Of a DNA stretch of 64,000 nt, positions 16,401 to 22,653 are shown in pieces. How positions within the stretch are numbered: the stretch's first letter is position 1; each line of letters opens with the position of its first letter. Below the pieces are notes generated by a model, which saw only the letters and a list, made by a program, of their open reading frames with translations, made no database searches and was not told the origin of the DNA. This stretch comes from Candidatus Tayloriibacteriota bacterium (GTDB taxonomy: Bacteria > Patescibacteriota > Minisyncoccia > Phycocordibacterales > SIBU01). The position numbers and the translations under genes are program-made. The stretch is taken from positions 77 through 64,076 of the forward strand of contig SIBU01000001.1 in NCBI GenBank assembly GCA_009695005.1. Reading direction: 5' to 3'.

Positions 16401-18754
16401 TAAATAAAATTACTTTCGGTACTCTTTCTTCCGGTCTACACTCCAATTGTCAAATTAAGATTGTCGATCAAAGTGGAAATGTAGGCAATCAAATTTCTGT
16501 TTCACCATTTACAATAGATTTGATTGTACCAACTGCGGATCTTTCTTCGGAGAGTGTCAGTCCTTTTAATACCTCGCCGATAAAAGTGACGGCGAAATTT
16601 TCTAAACCAGTTTATGATTTTGAGGTTTTTGACGTGATTGTTGGAAATGGTCTTGCCGGTAATTTTGTTTCGGTAGATTCGTCAACTTATACTTTTGATA
16701 TTGTTCCGGCTGGGCAAGGTTCGGTTACTGTCGATGTGCCGGCCACTGTTACACATGATGGAGCATTAAATTTAAATACCGCATCAGCTGAGCTTGTGAG
16801 AGTTTACGACAGTGTACCCCCGATCATTAGTTTTTCTCCGTATGTTATAGCTTCAACAAATCAGGATATAACAGTTAATGCTTCAGTTAACAATGGAGTA
16901 CTTAATTTTGACTCGCACATTTTTACAGAAAACGGTTTCTTTGATTTTGTCGCTAAAGACATTGCTAGCAACATTTCGACATCGACTGTAACCATTTCCA
17001 ATATTGATAAAGTTGCTCCAGTTTTTGTTCCGCATGGTCACGTTCTTGTAGAGGCGGTTAATCAAAATGGCGCCATTGCTTCTTTCACTTTACCTTCGGT
17101 AAATGACGAGATAGACAGTACGCCTTCAGTTTCATGTTCGCCAGTTTCAGGTTTTCAAATGGCTTTAGGTTCGACGACGATTAGTTGTGTCAGTATTGAC
17201 GATGCCGGTAATTCAAGTGAGATGTCTTTTGTTTTAAGTGTTTCGGATACAACAGGACCTTCGATTGTTCCACCAGCTGTTCAAATTTTTGAAGCCACTA
17301 CTACAGTTTCTGTTCCTAATTTGGTTTTGGCGACGGTTGCCGATGCGGTTTCTACAACTACGTTAGAAGTTTATTATTCTCCACATACATTTAATGTCGG
17401 TTCAACTACTGTTACTTGGACAGCTAATGATGGTGCAGGAAATATTTCAGTTAGTAATTCAGTAGTGGTGATTACGGATCATACTCCGCCGGTAGTTACG
17501 AGCAAAGATTCGATTTATCTTCCCGCCAAGTCCGTGCTTGGTGCGCAAGTAGATTACATTTCACCGTTGGCTTTCGATTTGGTTGATGGTTCTTTGTCAA
17601 CAATTTGTGAGCCTGTTTCGGGAAATATTTTTTCAATCGGCACGACGACGGTTAATTGTTTGATTGCCGATTCAAAATTAAATACCTCAACTTCGCAATT
17701 TTATGTGGTGATTAAAAAGCAAGTTCCTTTAACCTCTTCTAGTTCTGTAAATTCGGGTGCGCCGGATATTGTGGTGTCTGCCGCTACTGTTGCTACCTCT
17801 ACGGTAAATGTTCCCAGTGAAGTTTTAAATGCCCGTATCGATATTTCAGCTTTAGTGGTTTCGGGTGTTAATGGTAATTCGGCAACTATCGGTGGGGAAG
17901 TGATAGTTAATTCAAGTACAAGTTTGGGTCAAGTAAAACTTGTTTTGCCTGAAGGCATCACGATTTCCGGTCCGGCCAGTTGGAATGGTTCAATCGGGTT
18001 GCCAAAAATTTTGGCGCAAAGCTCAGTTACACCTATACCAAGTTTTAATATGATTGCCACAGTGGCATCCGTGGTAGAAATTGGTTCCGAAAGTGAGTCA
18101 CTCATACTTTCAAAACCAGCTAGAATTTTACTGCCGAATCAGGCCAACACATCGGTTGGATATAGCCGATCTGGTTCAGTCTTGAATATAATAAACACTG
18201 TTTGTTCGGCTGATGATCAAGTTGTGGTTGAAACTCAGCTCGCAGGTGCAAACTCTGAGTGTAAAATAAATGTTGGAAGTAATTTGGTAATTTGGACAAA
18301 ACATTTCACCTCATTTGTAACTTACAGAGAAATTGTCGCGCCGACCAATGGCCCGGCCGGCCCGACTTTTGCTCCGACTGAGGCAATTCATCCCACCTTG
18401 GCGGGTTTACTCGGCACGACCCGAGTTCCTATTGTGGTCCCTGTGGAAAATGTTGAAAATTCTTTACTCGAAAATTTGGAAACAGAAGCGCCACAAAATA
18501 TAAAATTAAATCAGGCAAAGAAGGCAAAAATTTCTTCTACTGCTACCGTCAGTAAAACTTCTTCTGCACAGAAAAATATCGTTAAAACTGGCAATAATAA
18601 TTTACGTTTAACTTCTAAAGTTTCTGGAAAAGGTCAATTGGCATCTGTGGCAATCTCGCAAGGAACCACTTCACCTTCGGCTATAAAAAAACCCAGTACA
18701 GCCCTAGGTTCATGGTTTAAAAAGGTGATCTCCGGAATTAAGTCAGCATTTTAA
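13436..18754 (+). CDS. Giant surface protein with tandem Ig-like domains and three HYR-like domains
   Basis: The ORF is continuous from 13229; ATG 13436 precedes a signal-anchor-like helix (LISLFLGVTLFFAGYL). Repeated modules end in ...DLAGN... Three consecutive domains have the HYR pattern (..C.P.SG..F..G.T.V.C...D.AGN...). No LPXTG motif. Confidence 0.8.
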   Translation: MNLKISFYNECVRNKYKLISLFLGVTLFFAGYLNVFGLAPVVSGVSISSDGVRSGFAKINDQVTLSFISDTVLDFSPVVSINGTTTGVTLFSPSGNSWVATKAMTAIDATGTLPFFQIVTASTTDGVPYFSTTTMTADNSSIIFDPESPILVSAKLTGGNEVTLNFSEPVSAVTEDFYGITLSPGGMRNVISISTTTNSYIVNFDGLIASTSAVGIISIGGGISDLAGNTFLATTTSVADGQPPGSPGTPVKSFGGSTANFSIESGGFSVTVPLVDSDAVVGDSLDLRLNGNGQIEGLAPHVISVQDLVSGSVVFPILHGQLGLDGQKEIVAKVTDVAGNIGPSGPALMFALDVSIPIISSAKISGGNQLTISFSKPVQVVLSDFSNFIAGSLGARALSSVSGSGSSVISLSFSGTSVSSIATGTVSVDGSILDLSGNNFLSTTTLISDGQGPSVTFDYSKNPTHPGYTEIITATFDESIADSPLPKISLSGSNIVGPTEMTKVDDTHYTFSYIVDAGNGTTTSMVSDVLDLAGNAIGNLVSNESFFIDGIRPLATISFSKEEEKSGNTVTISIVTDEPIADSPTLKISMEGGNNFAHEVATKVDSTHYFFEYTVQSGGGSIAVYLEGATDLAGNVINPTPTLENNFTIDNIEPSILISNPDSSFSLSKEVTATSPDGVLSWRLTESGVCDGGAKDFIPYVPAVFTSESDNGKQVCYKALDAVGNTTYATSNQIEGIDRTPPVVISVTISPNEGRVKINDIVTLNITADISGYSAGEITINGVPVGNFYDLGLGDGTYVASYVVTEGETDRESGTLPVSVVLSDATGNLSSPYTTPESNTLSVDANMPEIVFAKTISTTTINLVFSEDLDGTTFSSEGSSFSVEGFNVIEASKISDKELNLIISSGMNTGDTPLVSFGGSIRDLAGNIVHDFVAVVPLDGVSPIISESSPVPVEVNDVTPDYTFFSSESGTITYLGDCTATTTSTVFGLNKITFGTLSSGLHSNCQIKIVDQSGNVGNQISVSPFTIDLIVPTADLSSESVSPFNTSPIKVTAKFSKPVYDFEVFDVIVGNGLAGNFVSVDSSTYTFDIVPAGQGSVTVDVPATVTHDGALNLNTASAELVRVYDSVPPIISFSPYVIASTNQDITVNASVNNGVLNFDSHIFTENGFFDFVAKDIASNISTSTVTISNIDKVAPVFVPHGHVLVEAVNQNGAIASFTLPSVNDEIDSTPSVSCSPVSGFQMALGSTTISCVSIDDAGNSSEMSFVLSVSDTTGPSIVPPAVQIFEATTTVSVPNLVLATVADAVSTTTLEVYYSPHTFNVGSTTVTWTANDGAGNISVSNSVVVITDHTPPVVTSKDSIYLPAKSVLGAQVDYISPLAFDLVDGSLSTICEPVSGNIFSIGTTTVNCLIADSKLNTSTSQFYVVIKKQVPLTSSSSVNSGAPDIVVSAATVATSTVNVPSEVLNARIDISALVVSGVNGNSATIGGEVIVNSSTSLGQVKLVLPEGITISGPASWNGSIGLPKILAQSSVTPIPSFNMIATVASVVEIGSESESLILSKPARILLPNQANTSVGYSRSGSVLNIINTVCSADDQVVVETQLAGANSECKINVGSNLVIWTKHFTSFVTYREIVAPTNGPAGPTFAPTEAIHPTLAGLLGTTRVPIVVPVENVENSLLENLETEAPQNIKLNQAKKAKISSTATVSKTSSAQKNIVKTGNNNLRLTSKVSGKGQLASVAISQGTTSPSAIKKPSTALGSWFKKVISGIKSAF

Positions 18755-18867
18755 TTGTCGGTTTCTCAAAAGAATTTTTATAGGTATCGGGGCGAAAGAG
18801 AATTTGAGTTTGAACGGGGCGCTAAATATTTGACAAAATATGAGTTTTAATATATTATTCAATTCCA

Positions 18868-20274
18868 ATGTATTCAGGAAATTTTAAAAGAGAAGGTGGC
18901 GGTGGCACTGGAAGCTCTCGCGGTAGTGGCAGACCTTCATTTGGTGCAAGTTCCAGATTCGGTAAACCCCCAGCCCAGAGGTCTGTAGGGGGTAATTCTT
19001 CGTACAGTAATCAGGGTTCATCTGCCTCAGCAGGAAGGGCCTCGCATTCTAGTGCTCTCTATAGAGGTGGTGGAGGTTTTCGTGGCGGATCAAAACCTTC
19101 ATTCGGTGGAGGTCGTGGTGGTAGTCGTTTTGGTGGTGGGGGTAGAAGGTTTGGTGGCCCAGCGGGTCAGCGAATCGATATTTCAAAATTCATAAACAAA
19201 GCGGTTGTAACTACTGAAGAGGTTAAACAGTATATTTCGGAACATAAGTTCAGTGATTTTCAGATTGATGAGCGCCTTAAGGCAAATATTTTAATAAAAG
19301 GTTACAGTGCGCCAACACCGATTCAAGACAGGATTATTCCTTATATTTTAAAGGGTAATGATGTTGTTGGTATTGCTAACACCGGTACAGGTAAGACCGC
19401 AGCTTTTCTTATTCCTTTAATCGATAAAGTTTTGAGAAATCCGGTTGAGCAGGTTCTTGTTGTTGTGCCTACTCGTGAGTTGGCTTTGCAAATAAACGAT
19501 GAGCTGAAGGGATTTGTTAAGGGAATGAAAATCTTTTCGGTTTGTTGCGTAGGAGGAGCGGGAATCGGAAGACAAATTTCCGAACTTCGCTATAAAAATA
19601 ATTTTATTATTGGTACTCCAGGTCGTCTGAAAGATTTGATAGAACGAAAGAATATAAATCTTATGCAGTTTAAGACTGTCGTTTTGGATGAAGCCGATCG
19701 AATGCTTGATATGGGATTTGTAAATGATATGAGATTTATGATGTCTCGAATGCCTCGTCCGCGTCACACTTTGTTTTTTTCCGCAACAATGTCCAGAGAA
19801 ATTGATTCATTGATTAAGGAATTTTTGCATGAACCTGTAAGTGTTTCGGTTAAGACTCAGGATACTTCAAAAAATGTTGATCAGGATATCATCCGGATTG
19901 CTCAAAATATGACAAAGATCGATGTGCTTCACGATTTGCTTATCAAACCGGAATTTGCAAAAGTTTTGATTTTCGGACGAACAAAACACGGAGTAGAAAA
20001 ATTATCCAACGTATTGGTGGAACGAGGTTTCAAAGCCGAGTCTATTCACGGAAATAAAAATCAATCCGGTAGACAAAGAGCTTTGGCTGCTTTCAAGGAA
20101 GGACGAACTCAAATTCTCGTGGCTACTGATGTTGCTGCTAGAGGATTGGATATCGCCAACGTCTCACATGTTATCAACTTTGATATCCCAGCTACTTATG
20201 ATGATTATGTTCACCGTATTGGACGAACAGGTAGAGCGGGTAAGACCGGTAAAGCTTTAACTTTTGTTGAATAA
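18868..20274 (+). CDS. DEAD-box ATP-dependent RNA helicase with a ~100-aa N-terminal RGG/Gly-rich tail
   Basis: PTPIQ (Q motif), ANTGTGKT, VLDEADRMLDMGF, FFSATM, HRIGRTGRAG. The tail reads GGGGFRGGSKPSFGGGRGGSRFGGGGRRFGG. Confidence 0.9.
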   Translation: MYSGNFKREGGGGTGSSRGSGRPSFGASSRFGKPPAQRSVGGNSSYSNQGSSASAGRASHSSALYRGGGGFRGGSKPSFGGGRGGSRFGGGGRRFGGPAGQRIDISKFINKAVVTTEEVKQYISEHKFSDFQIDERLKANILIKGYSAPTPIQDRIIPYILKGNDVVGIANTGTGKTAAFLIPLIDKVLRNPVEQVLVVVPTRELALQINDELKGFVKGMKIFSVCCVGGAGIGRQISELRYKNNFIIGTPGRLKDLIERKNINLMQFKTVVLDEADRMLDMGFVNDMRFMMSRMPRPRHTLFFSATMSREIDSLIKEFLHEPVSVSVKTQDTSKNVDQDIIRIAQNMTKIDVLHDLLIKPEFAKVLIFGRTKHGVEKLSNVLVERGFKAESIHGNKNQSGRQRALAAFKEGRTQILVATDVAARGLDIANVSHVINFDIPATYDDYVHRIGRTGRAGKTGKALTFVE

Positions 20275-20275
20275 A

Positions 20276-20431
20276 ATGGTTGTTATTAAACATGGACCCC
20301 CAAAAACGTTCCAGAAGGATGGCCACTGGATAGAGAAACCGGAAAAGACGGCTATTTTAATTTGCACCTGTGGAAATAAATATATAAAAACTCGAGAGGT
20401 TCAAAAAAGTTGCTTTAGGTGTATGAGATAG
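20276..20431 (+). CDS. 51-aa putative zinc-ribbon micro-protein, translationally coupled to the helicase
   Basis: Below the ORF-track cutoff. The ATG begins 1 nt after the helicase TAA (TAAAATG). Sequence: MVVIKHGPPKTFQKDGHWIEKPEKTAILICTCGNKYIKTREVQKSCFRCMR, with a CxC-x13-CxxC pattern. A terminator follows. Confidence 0.45.
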   Translation: MVVIKHGPPKTFQKDGHWIEKPEKTAILICTCGNKYIKTREVQKSCFRCMR

Positions 20432-20451
20432 TGTTTTAATAAGGTTAGACT

Positions 20452-20487
20452 AACCCACTTTGCGCTTTTGTGTAAAGTGGGTTTTGG
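20452..20487 (+). terminator. Rho-independent terminator
   Basis: Perfect 10-bp stem aacccacttt / aaagtgggtt with a 12-nt loop and a T-run. Confidence 0.7.
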
Positions 20488-20605
20488 TTTGTATTCTGGC
20501 TTGTAAGCGCTGACACTCTAGGTGTAGAGTGTGGCTAGATAGCGGGTCAATTAACCCGCAGGTCTTAATAAAAATAAAAAAATTCAACCAAGGGATTCCA
20601 CAATT

Positions 20606-21713
20606 ATGGAAGAACCAATCGGTACGCCCACTCGAGTGAGCCACGGGGTGCTATTAGAGCAACTAGCGCAATTGTCGGGACGACGACTTTCTCTTACTGG
20701 GAGATTGAAGAAGGTCGGACAAAATGGATCGACGCGTTTTATACTCAGGGATTTGGGTATCGACATTCAAGGAAAAGGGAATGAACCTTCGGCTAAACTC
20801 GGACCTCTAATACGAAATTACGCTGAGCTCGACGTTCCCGACGAAATAATATCAAACAATCGTGCGGGGGCACTCGTTCCTGTTAGCGGAATTGTTTCAA
20901 GTGAAGATCTTGCAACATTGCACCCAAATGCATGTCTTGTTCTCACAGGGGTGAATGCTAGAAGAGTATCCCTAGCAATTCTCAAGAAGGCGTCCGGTAT
21001 GTTGCGACTTGTGCAGAAGCCGACCAGAGAAATTGATACGAAGGGTTTTCATCCTCGTGATTTCAGGCAAGCATTCGCACTCGGGCTTCTTGTCGATCCG
21101 GATATCAGGCTCGTCGCTCTTTCTGGTATTGCTGGGACGGGGAAGACCTCACTCGCATTGTTAGCAGGTCTGCGGGCGATTGGTAAGTTGCCTGTTGGAC
21201 AGCATAAGGAACCGACATTTAGCAACAAGGTGGAAGTTCCTTTATCTCTCGAACAATCTAAGATTGGCTCCCCTCAACAAAGTCCAGTTCGCATTTTGGT
21301 GTGCCGATCGGTTCACACTATCGGTAAGGAACTCGGTTTCCGACGCCCTGGAGGAAATTGTTGGTTCTTCAGCCGAAACTGACCTGGTTCAAGAAGGGTT
21401 ACTGAGAATCACAACGGTCACCTATGCTCGAGGCCGAACAATAAGAAGAATATTCTTTGTCCTCGATGATATCCAAAACATGGACAAACACGAGGTTCAC
21501 ACCTTGCTTACTCGCGCTGGTCAGGCTACCAAAATCGTTTGCACAGGTGATTCAGGACAAGTGGACAACAGGACACTGACGCCCAATGAGGATGATGGAA
21601 TGACCGTTCTCCTTTCACGAATGGCGGGTTGGGAGCGTTTTGGGTCCGTCAGTTTGGTAAATTCTTATCGATCGGAGCTTGCCGCGGAGGCCGCGCTTCG
21701 GTTCGCTGATTAG
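20606..21713 (+). pseudogene. PhoH/YlaK-like ATPase gene disrupted by an internal out-of-frame deletion
   Basis: The frame from 20606 carries the Walker A (SGIAGTGKTSLAL) and ...RILVCRSVHTIGKELGF, and stops at 21382. The PhoH continuation (DALEEIVG...YARGRTI..FFVLDDIQNMD..LLTRAG..KIVCTGDSGQVD..SYRSELA) lies in the +1 frame (ORF 21180-21713). The usual LPG..EK..P segment between the two parts is missing. G+C is visibly higher than in the flanks. Confidence 0.7.
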
Positions 21714-21733
21714 GTACGACCAAAGTTAATCAC

Positions 21734-21760
21734 ATCACCAGTTTCGGCTGGTGATTTTTA
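21734..21760 (+). terminator. Rho-independent terminator
   Basis: Stem atcaccag / ctggtgat with a 6-nt loop, then TTTT. Confidence 0.7.
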
Positions 21761-21998
21761 TTTAAGAAAATTTTTCGAATAGTTACGAATGTTTTTACAG
21801 AATTATTTTTTTAATTTCATTTATTTTTTTTAAAAATTTCGAGTTGTCCACAGTTTTATTATTTTCACCATTGTAGTTTTTTACGTAAGCCTCATAATAT
21901 AAGTAGAGTCAATGCAATAATTTTGAAAAATATTTTTTTCATTCCGGTAAATCGGAACAGTCGAAAATTTATTGTATACTTTTTATGATTTAAATTTA

Positions 21999-22020
21999 AA
22001 TTCGAATATGGATTCGAATT
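21999..22020. repeat. Perfect 9-bp inverted repeat (candidate operator or RNA hairpin)
   Basis: aattcgaat-atgg-attcgaatt, located 16 nt upstream of the basic micro-ORF. Confidence 0.6.
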
Positions 22021-22035
22021 ATCTACAAAACTCCA

Positions 22036-22116
22036 ATGGCAACAAAAAAGAAAGCGAAGCGATCAAAGGCAAAGAAGCCTGCTAAGAAGCGAAAAGCTGC
22101 GAAGCGAAGCCGATAG
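22036..22116 (+). CDS. 26-aa Lys/Arg-rich micro-ORF (or a short non-coding transcript)
   Basis: MATKKKAKRSKAKKPAKKRKAAKRSR. Followed 10 nt later by a perfect 12-bp terminator stem. No obvious SD, so coding status is uncertain. Confidence 0.35.
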   Translation: MATKKKAKRSKAKKPAKKRKAAKRSR

Positions 22117-22126
22117 TCCTATTTAA

Positions 22127-22160
22127 AACCTCTCTCCCTCGACGTGGGAGAGAGGTTTTA
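22127..22160 (+). terminator. Rho-independent terminator
   Basis: Perfect 12-bp stem aacctctctccc / gggagagaggtt with a 7-nt loop, then ttta. Confidence 0.7.
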
Positions 22161-22210
22161 TGTTGATTATTTACGATTAATAAAATTGTGCACAATAATC
22201 ACAATAAATC

Positions 22211-22219
22211 TGCTATAAT
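22211..22219 (+). promoter_or_regulatory. Extended -10 promoter (TGcTATAAT) 6 nt upstream of ATG 22226
   Basis: tgcTATAAT, then ttacat, then ATG. This predicts a leaderless transcript for the envelope operon. Confidence 0.5.
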
Positions 22220-22225
22220 TTACAT

Positions 22226-22636
22226 ATGCTAACTGACGATCAGATAGGTTACTTAATGAAGATAGGCGATTCAAATCCTCCTTTGCCAGAACAAACGGTA
22301 AAGATTATGTTGACTGCTTTGAAATGGTCGCCCGAGGAAATTAAACACGGTGTTAATTTTTTGAATCGCCCTCATTTGTATGTTAAGCCGACTCCAGTTA
22401 GTGTTCCATCACCACTTGAACAAACAAATTCTCCAAAAATAATTAATCCTGTTGTGTTTTTGAAGCCGATTGTTATCAAGCAAAACCCATTTCCTATAGG
22501 TTCACCACTTTTTAAAAAATCTTTGATGGGTCAAAAATCTCAACCTCATAGAAAGCATTTGATTGCTTGGGGTACAGCCTTAGGGGTAACGGGTTTTTTT
22601 GTAGGGTATCTGGTATATGATAAATTTGCTAAGTAA
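22226..22636 (+). CDS. Tail-anchored membrane protein sharing its N-terminal module with the next gene
   Basis: 136 aa. The N-terminal ~47 aa are paralogous to the start of ORF 22654. Pro-rich linker and a C-terminal TM (LIAWGTALGVTGFFVGYLVY). Confidence 0.6.
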   Translation: MLTDDQIGYLMKIGDSNPPLPEQTVKIMLTALKWSPEEIKHGVNFLNRPHLYVKPTPVSVPSPLEQTNSPKIINPVVFLKPIVIKQNPFPIGSPLFKKSLMGQKSQPHRKHLIAWGTALGVTGFFVGYLVYDKFAK

Positions 22637-22653
22637 ATTTAATTTAATAATCG

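Noticed and set aside
20500-20575. tRNA or tRNA-derived att site next to the GC-rich PhoH-like gene
   Set aside because: The two hairpins have 4- and 6-nt loops and no acceptor-stem or T-loop (GTTCRA) features, so they do not fit a cloverleaf.
20606-21713. Treating ORFs 20606-21382 and 21180-21713 as two separate overlapping genes
   Set aside because: Together they form one PhoH-type ATPase split by a frame change. Neither half is a complete domain.
21761-22225. Chromosomal replication origin (oriC)
   Set aside because: There are only two imperfect DnaA-box-like motifs, no dnaA/dnaN neighbourhood, and GC skew cannot be computed here. It is kept only as a low-probability note in the findings.
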